DNA of 64,000 bases from Candidatus Latescibacterota bacterium (GTDB lineage: Bacteria; Latescibacterota; UBA2968; UBA8231). A program made the position numbers and the translations under genes. Positions 9,816 to 20,036 of this stretch are shown here, piece after piece. The stretch is from positions 4,704,001 through 4,768,000 of the forward strand of contig OZ241362.1 in assembly GCA_965200315.1 (NCBI GenBank), given 5' to 3'. Below the pieces are notes generated by a model, which did not search any database, was not told the origin of the DNA, and saw only the letters and a program-made list of their open reading frames with translations. The stretch's first letter is position 1. Every line of letters starts with the position of its first letter.

Positions 9816-10200
9816 GTGGACCGACAGGTTTTTACCTTTGAGGCACTGGCCGCCATCCTGCTGCTGCGGGGATGCGGCCGAGAGCTTGATTCCCCAGCCA
9901 TCGATCCGCCCTTGCGCCTACAAGAGCGGTCGGCACCGACAATTCGCTTCACCGCTGTAACCGCGCTGGTATTCACTTTAGGCATATTAGCGGTTTTTCA
10001 GGGCGGAAGTACGGGGTGGAAGCCCTCGGCTCGGACGCCGCTTTTTTTAAAACGGCGACGGGCCTATCGATCTCTACGCCGTCAACGGAGCCGACCTGCC
10101 CGGTCATACATCGCCTCAGCCGCCTCGCAACGCGCCCTACCGCAACCGCACAGACGGCCGCTTCGTCGAAGGCCGATACCAGTTGCGGCATGGGCTGTAG
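9816..10200 (+). pseudogene. Frameshifted 5' remnant of a CRTAC1/FG-GAP lipoprotein gene
   Basis: Fragments in different frames match the N-terminus of 12568..15645: IRFTAVT; AGIHFRHISGFSGRKYGVEALGSDAAFF; GDGPIDLYAVNGADLPG...PPRNAPYRN; ADTSCGMGC. Confidence 0.8.
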
Positions 10201-10300
10201 CTTTACCGGACGATGAGACCTTTCTTGTTGGGTCTAGTGCTGGGCGAGTTCTCCGCTTCTGCACTCTGGGTCTTTATCGACGGAGCATTTGGGTATGATT
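10201..10300 (+). pseudogene. 3' remnant of a DUF6784-type membrane protein gene
   Basis: LYRTMRPFLLGLVLGEFSASALWVFIDG aligns with LYRQLRPLFLGLILGHIFVSGFWVLFDY at the C-terminus of 61739..63682. Confidence 0.7.
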
Positions 10301-10343
10301 TTCGTATTTTGAGGTTGTGGAAGGGTACGAAAAGGAAATTTAG

Positions 10344-10820
10344 ATGCGATACTTGCGCTCGCTCAAGTTGCTCTTGGTCGTCGCGGCTGTCGGTGTTGTA
10401 CTAGCCTTTTTTGAACGGCAGCGCACGGCCGAGTACGGGCACCTTTTGGAACGTATGTACGCCCGGGGGCAGCCGCAGCTCAAAGGCTCGTCCTTGCAAG
10501 AGCTAGCAAAGGTGCTGCTGGAGCTGTACCCAGAGGGAGCCGAAGCCAATCTGCTGATGGGGACTGCCCTAGCCGAAGAGGGGCGATTGGAAGAGGCCCG
10601 GGCGCATCTAGAGCAGGCGATGGAAGTGGATCGGCGCAACTTGCAGTTACTCTTTTTGTACGCGCGGCTCTTGCTAGATATGGGAGAGGATGTGGAGAAA
10701 GTGCAATCGGTAGTGGAAGAGTTGAGTCGGTACTTTCCGCGCTCGCGGGAGAAGGTGGAGCAGTACTTTGGCGAGGCTTCAAAAGGGAAGATGCGGTTTG
10801 GCGAGGGTGATCTTTACTAA
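10344..10820 (+). CDS. Small membrane-anchored TPR protein
   Basis: N-terminal hydrophobic helix; TPR-like ANLLMGTALAEEGRLEEARAHLEQAMEVD. Confidence 0.75.
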   Translation: MRYLRSLKLLLVVAAVGVVLAFFERQRTAEYGHLLERMYARGQPQLKGSSLQELAKVLLELYPEGAEANLLMGTALAEEGRLEEARAHLEQAMEVDRRNLQLLFLYARLLLDMGEDVEKVQSVVEELSRYFPRSREKVEQYFGEASKGKMRFGEGDLY

Positions 10821-12454
10821 GAATTCCCTTGGCGCAAGCGGTCCTCGTAGATGTGAATCTGGTCGGCGTACTGATTTTTGAGTTTGACCAGCAACGTATC
10901 AAAGCGCTCTTGGGTTAGATCTCGAAGCACGTGAGAACGCACTCGGCCCCAGACCTCGTCCAAGCTCTGCTGGCGACTGGGCACTTTGTTGAGCACCTTG
11001 AAAACCGTAAAGCCCTGCGCGGTCTTGACCGGACCGACGATCTGGCCGGCCTCGGCGTTTTGGGCTTCCCAACCTAAATTGCCGTACTTGTCGGGACGCA
11101 AAAGCTGGATGCGCCCTTCGGCGCGGCGGATGCGGGTGCTGCGCCGCGAGTAGCGGCGGGCTAGCTCGCCGAGGTCGCCGCCGCGTTCGATGGCGGCCAA
11201 CAGCGAGTCGGCCTGTGCGCGGGTATCGACGAGGATTTCGAGAATCGAGATCCGCTCCTCGCGCACGTAGAGGTCCTCGTGGGCCTCGTAGTACGCGCGT
11301 ATTTCGTCTTTGGACGGGTTGATCGTTTCGAGTACTCTGATTTGGCGGATGCGCTCGAGAAGGGCTTGGCGGCGCGTGGCTTCAATGCCTTTGGCGACGC
11401 GCTCGGCCTCGTGGATGCCTATGTCGCGGGCGTGGCGGGGCAGCAGGACTTTGAGGGCATAGAGGCGACGGGCGAAGCGGCGCAAGTCGTCTAATTCGCG
11501 GATCTCGGCCGGGTTGCGCTCGCTGGTCATGGCCGCCATGAAGTTATTCAGCGTCCACGGCTCGCTGTCGAGTTCGAGCAGTACTAGCTGGGTCTCTCCC
11601 TTTTTGAACGTAGGCATTTCTTCGCCAGCTTCGCTGAGCCGGGCCAAGAGCAGTTTGAAGGTCTCGTGCCGTTCCGCGATGTCGGCGCGGTTAGCTAGCC
11701 CTTCGAGGAATTCAAAAGTGGCGATGGTGTGCTTCTGCTCCTGCATGGCCTTGATGACGGCCGGGGCCATCTCCCCAAAGGGCACTTCGCGCTCGTCGGT
11801 GACCACGAAGACCGAGAAGCCGTCGGGCTCCTGCACGGGACCGACGATTTCGCCAGGTTTGGCTCCGAAAATTTGGCGGCGCAGAACGTAGTTTTTGAAG
11901 TCGAGGCGACTCTTCCAGCCGAGGTCGCCTCCTTGCTGGGCGGTGTTGCCGTCGTCGGAGAGTTCGCTCGCCACTGTGGCAAAGCTGTCGGGGCCGCGCA
12001 GCCGGGCGAGCACTTGGTCGATGGCGGCTGGCCCGCTGGCGAGGATGCGGCTCAGGCGGCGCTGCTGGCCGATGTGGTGCTGCTCAAAGTACTGGCGGGC
12101 CTCGTCGCGGCTTATGTCCTCGGCGACAGCGACCACACCGCGACGATACATTTCGTCGAGGATGAGTTCTTGTTCTCGTTGTGCGACTTTGCTTTTGACT
12201 TGGAAGTCGTCTTCCAAGCCGTCTCGACGGGCGGCCAACAGCAAGACCTCAATGTCGATGAGCCGTTCAAGGGCTTGGTGCTGGAGGTCGCTCGGAGCGT
12301 TTTGGGGAAAGAGCCGCGCAGCAGCGCGCTCGACGCGGTCGTGCGTGATGGTGACGGCGCCGACGCGGGCGAGTACATCGGGGTTGGGTGGAGGTTCGGG
12401 AGTGGTGCAGGCGGCGAGTGGAATGGTGAATAGCGAGAGAAAACGATGCAGCAA
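10817..12454 (-). CDS. Lipoprotein foldase with two PpiC (parvulin) domains, PrsA/SurA-like
   Basis: TTG start with GGAGG RBS; lipobox LAAC; FATVASELSDD...QGGDLGW and GELARRYS...VGPVKTAQGFTVFKV. Confidence 0.85.
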   Translation of the reverse strand: MLHRFLSLFTIPLAACTTPEPPPNPDVLARVGAVTITHDRVERAAARLFPQNAPSDLQHQALERLIDIEVLLLAARRDGLEDDFQVKSKVAQREQELILDEMYRRGVVAVAEDISRDEARQYFEQHHIGQQRRLSRILASGPAAIDQVLARLRGPDSFATVASELSDDGNTAQQGGDLGWKSRLDFKNYVLRRQIFGAKPGEIVGPVQEPDGFSVFVVTDEREVPFGEMAPAVIKAMQEQKHTIATFEFLEGLANRADIAERHETFKLLLARLSEAGEEMPTFKKGETQLVLLELDSEPWTLNNFMAAMTSERNPAEIRELDDLRRFARRLYALKVLLPRHARDIGIHEAERVAKGIEATRRQALLERIRQIRVLETINPSKDEIRAYYEAHEDLYVREERISILEILVDTRAQADSLLAAIERGGDLGELARRYSRRSTRIRRAEGRIQLLRPDKYGNLGWEAQNAEAGQIVGPVKTAQGFTVFKVLNKVPSRQQSLDEVWGRVRSHVLRDLTQERFDTLLVKLKNQYADQIHIYEDRLRQGNS

Positions 12455-12567
12455 GAAGGCCTCCTAGTGGAAAATTTTTATCTATTCCAAACAAATATAT
12501 GAGTGCCGTGTAAATTTGCGAAGTGCTAATGGTTATTGTAAGCAGCAAGCGATTCTGCATCAAAGTA

Positions 12568-15500
12568 ATGATTATTCCAATCAGACTTTCAACGTGCATC
12601 GCCCTCTTAGTATGTGGCTGCACGGCGAGCGATCCACCCCCCGTAGTGCGCTTTGTCGATGCAACGGCCGAAGCAGGGATCGATTTCGTACATACCAGCG
12701 GCCGCTCCGGGCGCAAATACGGGGTGGAGACCATTGGTTCGGGCGCGGCGTTTTTCGATTACAACCGCGACGGATGGATGGATTTGTACGTGGTCAATGG
12801 GGCGGATTTGCCCGGCTACGTCTCGGCGGTGCCGCCGCAAAACGCGCTGTATCGCAACGATGGCGGGCACTTTGCCGAGGTCGGCGCAAGCCTCGGGGTG
12901 GCGGACACAGGCTACGGTATGGGCGCGTCCGCGGGGGACTATGACAACGACGGGGACGCCGACCTGTTCGTCGCCAACTTTGGCCGCAATCGGCTCTATC
13001 GCAACGAAGGGTCGGCGCTGGCTTGGGCCTTTGCGGATGTGACGGCCGCGGCCGGGATCGGGGCGGACGAGCGGTGGTCCACCGGATCGTCGTTTGCCGA
13101 TTACGACCTCGATGGCGATTTAGACCTGTACGTGGCGAACTACTTGCGCTACGAATTTGAACGCGGCGAGCTGAGTGAGGGGGGAACACTGCGCTGGCCG
13201 CGGCGACACTTGGCTCCTGCCGAATACCCGGGCGAGCGGAACGCGCTCTGGCGCAACGATAGTGGCCGCTTTGTGGATGTGACAGTAGAAGCCGGACTGC
13301 GCACGGACGAAGGCCGCGAATTAGGTGCCGTGTTTTTCGACTACGATCTCGACGGCGATCCCGACTTGTTTCAGGGCAATGACGCCACGCCGAATTTTCT
13401 CTGGCGCAACGACGGCGGTCGCTTCGCTGAAGTGGGGCTCGTAGCCGGCGTGGCGTACAACATTGGCGGCAAGCCCGAAGGAACGATGGGCGTGGATGTG
13501 GCCGACGGCGATGGCGATGGTCGCCTCGACTTGGTGATGACCAATTTCCAGTGGGAGAGTAACACCTTGTACCGCAACGCGAGCGACGGGATGTTTGCCG
13601 ATGAATCGCTGGCCGCAGGTATAGCCGCCAACAGCTTGGACAGGCTGGCTTTTGGCATCAACTTCCTCGACGCCGACAACGACGGCGACCCGGATATCTA
13701 CGTGGCCAATGGCCACATCGACGAAGACATCGATCGGTTTGACCCACAAGCTGCGTACGGGCAGAGCGATCAGTTGTATCTCAACGATGGCCAAGGCCGC
13801 TTTGCCGACGCGAGTGCGATTTCCGGCGTGGCCGCGCCGACGCGGGATTTGGTCGGGCGCGGCTCGGCCGTGGCCGATTACGACAACGACGGCGACTTGG
13901 ATATTTTCTTACTCAATAGTGGGCAACGCGCCCTGCTGTGGCGCAACGACAGCCAAGCGGGTCACTACTTGGTGCTGGCGCTAGAAGGGCGGACGAGCAA
14001 CCGCGATGGCTATGGTGCTCGCGTGGTGGTGCGCGTGGATGGCCGGACGCTGGTGGCGGAAAAGCGCAATGCGGCGAGCTATTTGTCGCAAAACGACGCG
14101 CGGATGTTCTTTGGGTTGGGGCCGAGCGAGGAGGCCGAGCAGGTGGAGCTTAGATGGCCGTCGGGCATTCGCCAAGTTTTAACGGGCGTGCGCGCCGGGC
14201 AGGTGCTGCGGGTCGTCGAACCGGATGCGAGCGCACCGCAAGAGGCCGCTCGCGCAGCCATCGCGCCGGCTGCGCCGCAAGGCCGCGATGCCGAGGAGTT
14301 GGAGCAATTCTGGCGGGAAGCGCCTTTGGTCCTGCCAGAAAAGACGCGTGCGCCGCTGCCGCCTGCAGTTCCTTTGTCCGAATTGCGCGCTGCGGCTCGC
14401 GTCCAGCCGGAGGTAGCCAATGTCCACATCGAACTGGCTGCCGCGCTTGTGCGCGAGCGTGCGTACGACGAGGCGGAGGCGGCTTATCGCCGCGCTTTAC
14501 AACTCGACGCGAGTGCGGCCCAAGCCTACGTGGGCTTGGGGAAGCTCTACGCCGACCGTGGGGCCCTAGAACAAGCAGTTGGTGTGCTCAGACAGGCGAT
14601 CGCGCTCGACAGCACCTTAGCCGAGCCGCACTACGTGCTGGGCAACATCCACCTGCGCCAACAGCGTTTGGCCGCGGCCGTGCCGTTCTACGAGCGCGCC
14701 ATCGCCCTGTCGCCGCGCTATCTCCAAGCCTATTTCAACTTGGCCGGCTTGCATGCACGGCAGACTGATTACGGCCCGGCCATAGCCGTTTTGCGTCGGG
14801 GTTTCGCGGCCCTGCCCGAGGAAGTGGAGCTCATGTTGCAATTGGCGCGGATCTACTTTGCCCAAGCGCAATACGAAGACGCGCTGGCGCAACTCACTAG
14901 CGTGGTACAAGCGCAGCCTACGCGAGCTGAGGCACACGAGCTGACGGCCCAGATCTGGATGGTGCGCGAGGATGTGGATGCCGCTCGCGCCGCTTTGCAG
15001 CAGGGGCTGGAACACGCCCCGAACAGCGCCGCGCTCTTGGGGCGGCTGGGCATCCTACTCTTGCAGGAGGGCGTGGACTCAGAAGCTATACCCCTTTTGC
15101 AGCGAGCCTTAGAGGTGGACCCGGACCGCGCGGAAGTGTACTATCACTTGGGCCAAGCGTTGTTGCGGCGCGGCGCGGCCGGGCGTGGCCGCAAGCTCCT
15201 CGACTATTTCCACTCCTTGCAGCAGGAGCACCAAAAGCTGCTAGCCCACAAGACAGCCGTGGTGCTCAATCCCAACGATGCGGACGCGTACTACAGGCTG
15301 GGGGTGGTCTATGCGCGGATGGGCCGCTACGAGGCCGCGAGTCAAGCGTACCAAGCGGCCTTGGCCGTGGCACCGGGTCATCTCGACGCCCGCAACAATC
15401 TGGGCAACATCTACCTCCGCCGCCGCTCCTTAGGGCTGGCCATTGCCGCGTACCAAGAGGTGCTGCGCCGCGCCCCGCAATACGCCCGCGCCCATTACAA

Positions 15501-15645
15501 TTTAGGCAACGCGTACCTGTTGGCTGGTGAGGAGATGCACGCCATGTCGGCGTTTGCCCGAGCGGTCGAAGCCGACCCCGAACATCGCAAGGCTCAGCAG
15601 ATGCTCGCCAAGCTACGTCAGCGCGAGGCCCAAGGTGTGCGCTGA
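12568..15645 (+). CDS. CRTAC1-family lipoprotein (FG-GAP/VCBS repeats + ASPIC/UnbV) with long C-terminal TPR array
   Basis: Start moved to ATG 12568 (lipobox VCGC). Repeated DYDNDGDxDL motifs, SNRDGYGARV...SYLSQ...FGLG...WPSG, then TPRs. Confidence 0.88.
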   Translation: MIIPIRLSTCIALLVCGCTASDPPPVVRFVDATAEAGIDFVHTSGRSGRKYGVETIGSGAAFFDYNRDGWMDLYVVNGADLPGYVSAVPPQNALYRNDGGHFAEVGASLGVADTGYGMGASAGDYDNDGDADLFVANFGRNRLYRNEGSALAWAFADVTAAAGIGADERWSTGSSFADYDLDGDLDLYVANYLRYEFERGELSEGGTLRWPRRHLAPAEYPGERNALWRNDSGRFVDVTVEAGLRTDEGRELGAVFFDYDLDGDPDLFQGNDATPNFLWRNDGGRFAEVGLVAGVAYNIGGKPEGTMGVDVADGDGDGRLDLVMTNFQWESNTLYRNASDGMFADESLAAGIAANSLDRLAFGINFLDADNDGDPDIYVANGHIDEDIDRFDPQAAYGQSDQLYLNDGQGRFADASAISGVAAPTRDLVGRGSAVADYDNDGDLDIFLLNSGQRALLWRNDSQAGHYLVLALEGRTSNRDGYGARVVVRVDGRTLVAEKRNAASYLSQNDARMFFGLGPSEEAEQVELRWPSGIRQVLTGVRAGQVLRVVEPDASAPQEAARAAIAPAAPQGRDAEELEQFWREAPLVLPEKTRAPLPPAVPLSELRAAARVQPEVANVHIELAAALVRERAYDEAEAAYRRALQLDASAAQAYVGLGKLYADRGALEQAVGVLRQAIALDSTLAEPHYVLGNIHLRQQRLAAAVPFYERAIALSPRYLQAYFNLAGLHARQTDYGPAIAVLRRGFAALPEEVELMLQLARIYFAQAQYEDALAQLTSVVQAQPTRAEAHELTAQIWMVREDVDAARAALQQGLEHAPNSAALLGRLGILLLQEGVDSEAIPLLQRALEVDPDRAEVYYHLGQALLRRGAAGRGRKLLDYFHSLQQEHQKLLAHKTAVVLNPNDADAYYRLGVVYARMGRYEAASQAYQAALAVAPGHLDARNNLGNIYLRRRSLGLAIAAYQEVLRRAPQYARAHYNLGNAYLLAGEEMHAMSAFARAVEADPEHRKAQQMLAKLRQREAQGVR

Positions 15646-18085
15646 ACGGCGGCTGCAGTTCGGCGTGGGGCTGGTGGCCGCGGCCGTCATCGGCTATGAG
15701 ATCGGCCTCGTCCGGCTGTTTTCCTTTTTGCAGCACTATCACTACACGTTTCTCGTAGTCTCAGGGGCAGTGTGCGGCCTGGGGCTGGGGGCCGCGCTGA
15801 GTGCGGTACTGCGCGTGCGGGGGGAGCAGCTGCACCGGCACTTGGGCTATTGGGCGGTCGGCTGCGGCTTCGGCATGATCTGCGGTGCGTTTTCCGTAGC
15901 CCAATTTCCCCGCCTGCCGCTACCGCTGCTGGTCGGCATTGCCGGCCTCCCCTTCATCGCCGCTGGCGGATTTCTCGCCCTCGCCTTCCAAGTGCGCTAC
16001 CAACAAAGTCAAGTTCTCTACTTTTGGGACTTGCTCGGCGCAGCCCTCGGCATCCTCTACGTCGTGCCGGCCCTTGAATGGCTGGGTGGCGTCGGTGCTC
16101 TATTCGGCGCGAGCGTCTTTGCTATGGCGGCCGCGGCTCTCTTTTTGCATGGCTGGGCATGGAGCTGCCCACTTGGTTTAGCGGCCGGGCTCGTCGTTTA
16201 CAGTACCCAACAACGCGAGCTCATCGATCTCAGTGCGCTAGCTGAAGCGGCCGACAAGCCCATGTTTCGCGCCTTGGACGCGGCGCGTCACCGAGGGGAA
16301 GTGAAGGCCACGCGCTGGAGCGCGTACGCACGCACCGACCTAGTAGATCGCACGGGCGACACGGGCTTGAACTTGTATGTAGATGGCGGGGCTGGCTCGT
16401 ACATGTTCCGCTTTGCCGGGGATTACCGGCGGCTGTTTTTCGTGCGCCGCGAGGCCGCGTTTTTCCCCTATTACTTTTCGCCCCGCGAGCGCGCCCTGAT
16501 CATCGGGCCGGGCGGTGGTGCCGATGTGCTCTACGCGCTGATGACCGGCTGGCGGCATATCGAAGCCGTAGAGATCAATCCAGAGATCGCCGCGCTGGTC
16601 CGCTCATACGGAGAGTACAACGGCCATTTGTACGACTTGGAGGGAGTGGAACTGCACATCGGCGATGGCCGCAACTATTTGGAGCGTTCCGGTACGCGCT
16701 ACGATCTCATTGCCCTGCCCTTGGTGTATGCCGAGGCGGCCGATTTGGTGGGGTACGCGCTCTCCGAAAATTACCTGTTCACCCGCGAGGCATTTGCCGC
16801 TTATCTCGATCACCTCGCTGAGGGGGGGCGGCTGGCTCTCGTAGTTCACAATCACGCGCTGATGTTGCGCGTGGTCACCACTTTAGGTGCCCTGTGGGAA
16901 GAGCGCGGCCACGAGCCGGGTGCGGTCCTCGACCATCTCGTCGTCGTCAATGGTGCCCGCGGCGACCCGACGCGGCAAGAGGCCTACCGTCCCTTGTTGC
17001 TGGTCCAGCAGCAGCCCTATACGTCCGAGCAATTGGCGCGCCTGCACGCGGTCATGGAGGAGTTGGGTTTAGACCCGTACTTCTCGCCCGGAAGACGCGA
17101 ACAGCCCGCGCTGGCGGCGTTGCGCGAGGCCACATTGGCGGACTTTGTCGCCGCATCTGCACTCGACATCTCGCCGACGACTGACGATCGGCCCTTTTTT
17201 TACGACGCTACTCGCGGGCTGGATTCCAAGCTGGCCCGGCTGTTGGTCGGCGCGTTGGCGGCATGTGTGCTGGTGATGTTGGTGCCGCTTGGGGTGCCGA
17301 ATATGCGCTGGACGAGCGCGTCCGAGTCGCCGCCGCTGCTTTGGGCGCTGTTCGCCGCCGGATTGGGTGCAGGCTTTATGATGGTCGAGATCCACCTCTT
17401 GCAGCGCTTTGGCCTGTTCTTAGGCTATCCGACCCTGACGCTAGCGGTCGCGCTCTTCGGGTTGCTGCTGGGCACCGGGGCCGGGAGCCTCGCGGGCGGA
17501 TGGTGCCGTGCGCTCGCGCATCCGCGGGGGTTGGGATTGGTCGGCGCGGGCGTCGGCCTTGCCTGCTATCTCTATGGGTTCTTGCTCGACAGCGCGCTCG
17601 TTGGGGCGTTGGCGTGGCCGCTGGCCGGCCGCGTCGGGTTGACACTCGCTCTCGTCGCGCCGCTCGGCATGCTGATGGGGACCTGTTTCCCGGCCTGTCT
17701 GCGCTTGGGTGGTTCACAGTGCGCCGGGCTGGTCCCTTGGCTGTGGGCTGTCAACGGTTTCTTCTCAGTGCTTGGATCGGTCGGAGCCGTGGCTTTGGGT
17801 ATGGAGTGGGGGGCGAGTGCATCGCTGGTGGTCGGTGCGGCCGCGTATGGGGCGGCGGGTACGACGCTCTTCTTGGGCAGCCGCCGGACACCTGCGGACG
17901 CGGAAGCGACCCGTCCGTCCGGCGCGGGCCGCTGGGCGGTGGGTGCGCTGCTCTTGGTCGCGCTGCTGTGGTATGCGGCCTTTAGCTTTATCGGCGCGCG
18001 CTATTGGGGCGCAGCCCCTTCGGCTGCTCATCCGCGCCCACCGGTTGCGCCCGAGGTGTGGCCGGACGCGCTTAGACCCTTTTGA
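15635..18085 (+). CDS. Polytopic membrane protein with central spermidine-synthase-like SAM-dependent domain
   Basis: GTG start overlapping the upstream stop; N- and C-terminal TM bundles; LIIGPGGGADV, VEINP, GDGRNYL and TTDDRPFFY motifs. Confidence 0.8.
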   Translation: MCAERRLQFGVGLVAAAVIGYEIGLVRLFSFLQHYHYTFLVVSGAVCGLGLGAALSAVLRVRGEQLHRHLGYWAVGCGFGMICGAFSVAQFPRLPLPLLVGIAGLPFIAAGGFLALAFQVRYQQSQVLYFWDLLGAALGILYVVPALEWLGGVGALFGASVFAMAAAALFLHGWAWSCPLGLAAGLVVYSTQQRELIDLSALAEAADKPMFRALDAARHRGEVKATRWSAYARTDLVDRTGDTGLNLYVDGGAGSYMFRFAGDYRRLFFVRREAAFFPYYFSPRERALIIGPGGGADVLYALMTGWRHIEAVEINPEIAALVRSYGEYNGHLYDLEGVELHIGDGRNYLERSGTRYDLIALPLVYAEAADLVGYALSENYLFTREAFAAYLDHLAEGGRLALVVHNHALMLRVVTTLGALWEERGHEPGAVLDHLVVVNGARGDPTRQEAYRPLLLVQQQPYTSEQLARLHAVMEELGLDPYFSPGRREQPALAALREATLADFVAASALDISPTTDDRPFFYDATRGLDSKLARLLVGALAACVLVMLVPLGVPNMRWTSASESPPLLWALFAAGLGAGFMMVEIHLLQRFGLFLGYPTLTLAVALFGLLLGTGAGSLAGGWCRALAHPRGLGLVGAGVGLACYLYGFLLDSALVGALAWPLAGRVGLTLALVAPLGMLMGTCFPACLRLGGSQCAGLVPWLWAVNGFFSVLGSVGAVALGMEWGASASLVVGAAAYGAAGTTLFLGSRRTPADAEATRPSGAGRWAVGALLLVALLWYAAFSFIGARYWGAAPSAAHPRPPVAPEVWPDALRPF

Positions 18086-18223
18086 TGACGTAGGCGTAAC
18101 TCTCGCGTCCTGTTCGATCTGATCGCCGGTTACGGTCGCTGGCCGCTGCGCGTCGTCGCCTACGCTTTTATCCTATGTAACCGACCAATATCCGCCTTTC
18201 CGGCTATCTGACTAGGACCGCTT

Positions 18224-19222
18224 ATGTCCGCCTTTTCCAGCCTGCGCCTCGCCGCCCCGCCTTCCTCTCGAAATGCTTGGGAAGCCCAACGCCCCGATCT
18301 CTTAGAGGCCATGCAGCAAGTCATGGGGCCTTTGCCTAGTTCGGAAAAGCGCGGCCCGCTCGACGTTCAACTCGACGAGGAAGTGGACTGCGGCTCTTAC
18401 ACTCGCCGCCTCATTACCTACATCTCCGAGCCGGGTTGTCGAGTGCCAGCTTATTTGCTGATTCCCCACTCCGCTCTACAATCTCCGGCTCCGGCCGTGC
18501 TTTGTCCCCATCCCACGGACGACCGCATCGGCCACAAGGTGGTCGTCGGTTTGGGCGGCCGCGCCAATCGTGCGTATGCCAGCGAACTGGCCCAAGCTGG
18601 CTTTGTCACCTTGGCACCGGCCTATCCCTTGCTAGCGGATTATCGCCCTGACTGGCGCGGCCTCGGCTACCATTCGGGAACCATGAAGGCGATATGGGAC
18701 AATATGCGCGGCCTCGATCTGCTGGCCGAACTGCCCTTTGTCGCCGGGGAGTCTTTTGCCTCTATCGGCCACTCGCTGGGCGGCCACAATTCGGTCTACA
18801 CCGCGGTCTTCGACCCGCGCATCGCCATCGTCGTCTCCAGTTGCGGCCTCGATTCCTATCAGGATTACATGGACGGCGATATTGCGGGCTGGACCAGCGA
18901 CCGCTACATGCCGCGCTTGAAGGACTACGCCCTAGCGGATATTCCCTTTGACTTCTACGATATGATCGCCGCGTTAGCACCGCGCCCTTGCTTCATCTGT
19001 GCGCCTTTGGGCGACTCCAATTTCCGCTGGCGCAGCGTCGCCGCGGTGGTCGAAACCGCCCGATCGGTGTACGATCTGTACGGTGCTGGCGAGGCCCTGC
19101 AAGTGGTCCATCCCGACTGCGGCCACGACTTTCCCGACGCCATCCGACAGCGGGCTTACCAACTCATTGCCGAGGCATTGGGCCGTTTGGGGCCTTTTGA
19201 CGCTGAAGAGGCTCATCGTTAG
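18224..19222 (+). CDS. Alpha/beta hydrolase (dienelactone hydrolase/acetylxylan esterase-like)
   Basis: Nucleophile motif GHSLGG, IAALAPRP and C-terminal GHDFP. Confidence 0.85.
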   Translation: MSAFSSLRLAAPPSSRNAWEAQRPDLLEAMQQVMGPLPSSEKRGPLDVQLDEEVDCGSYTRRLITYISEPGCRVPAYLLIPHSALQSPAPAVLCPHPTDDRIGHKVVVGLGGRANRAYASELAQAGFVTLAPAYPLLADYRPDWRGLGYHSGTMKAIWDNMRGLDLLAELPFVAGESFASIGHSLGGHNSVYTAVFDPRIAIVVSSCGLDSYQDYMDGDIAGWTSDRYMPRLKDYALADIPFDFYDMIAALAPRPCFICAPLGDSNFRWRSVAAVVETARSVYDLYGAGEALQVVHPDCGHDFPDAIRQRAYQLIAEALGRLGPFDAEEAHR

Positions 19223-19252
19223 GTTCAATGGCAATTCCCAAGGAGATGAGGC

Positions 19253-19963
19253 ATGAGCGAGAACTACCATAGTTATCAGTTGCTATTGGCAAAAGCAGCC
19301 ACGCTTTACGAAAGGCATGGGGTTGGACGACCGGAGCCTTTACATACGAACTTGAGGAGGAAATATATGGACGCTTTGAAGAAACTTTGTGAGGCGGACA
19401 ACAACCTCGTTCTCGTCCGCCACTTGCATCATGCTGGCAATGAAGTAGTGTCAGACCTGCACGAGAAACTCTGGAACGAAATTAACTCTGAGCTGGAATT
19501 GCTGGAATCGAAAATTCCCGAATTTAGACAGCTTTTTAAATCTGTTCCAACAGACAAAAGCAATATAGTTCGCCGATACTATCAGTTGAGTGAAGCTAGC
19601 TCGCTCGAAATTGGAGAGGAAAAAGGCTATATATGGTTCGGGGTTGGTTGTTCCAAAGAGAAATCGTACGCCATGCTCGAGAGGGGATTGAAGCATCTGA
19701 GTGGTGAAAAAAACGAGTGGTATCCTTGGTATCGATATGCCGATCAAAGTCTAAACCTGTGTGACCCCACCCCAGAAAATATCAAGCTGCTGCTGAGTAC
19801 AAAAAAAAGGAAAGAGCTCGCGAGAAAGATCGTCCAAGACGTGAAAGAAGTTTTGGACGATCTTGAAGATATTGCTCTGGTGAATGCAATCAAAGAGGGA
19901 GAAAAGACGGGACTTGCTTCCAGAGAAGAGGTATTCAAAATCTTAAAAGGTATTGAGTGTTAA
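19253..19963 (+). CDS. Low-GC hypothetical protein; probable PD-(D/E)XK-family gene lacking its nuclease domain, with an antitoxin-like tail
   Basis: AGGAG RBS; visibly AT-rich against flanks; no catalytic motif; tail EDIALVNAIKEGEKTGLASREEVFKIL resembles RelE-associated antitoxins. Family call is from memory. Confidence 0.5.
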   Translation: MSENYHSYQLLLAKAATLYERHGVGRPEPLHTNLRRKYMDALKKLCEADNNLVLVRHLHHAGNEVVSDLHEKLWNEINSELELLESKIPEFRQLFKSVPTDKSNIVRRYYQLSEASSLEIGEEKGYIWFGVGCSKEKSYAMLERGLKHLSGEKNEWYPWYRYADQSLNLCDPTPENIKLLLSTKKRKELARKIVQDVKEVLDDLEDIALVNAIKEGEKTGLASREEVFKILKGIEC

Positions 19964-19966
19964 AAT

Positions 19967-20020
19967 TTGAAAGTCGAATTTAGTAACAATTTCACCAATT
20001 TTTACCAACACTTTCCCTAG
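19967..20020 (+). pseudogene. Possible 5' stub of a RelE/ParE toxin
   Basis: TTG 3 nt after the antitoxin-like tail reads MKVEFSNNFTNFYQHFP*, resembling the MKVEF..F start of RelE toxins. Confidence 0.3.
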
Positions 20021-20036
20021 TCATCTCATCTACCAA

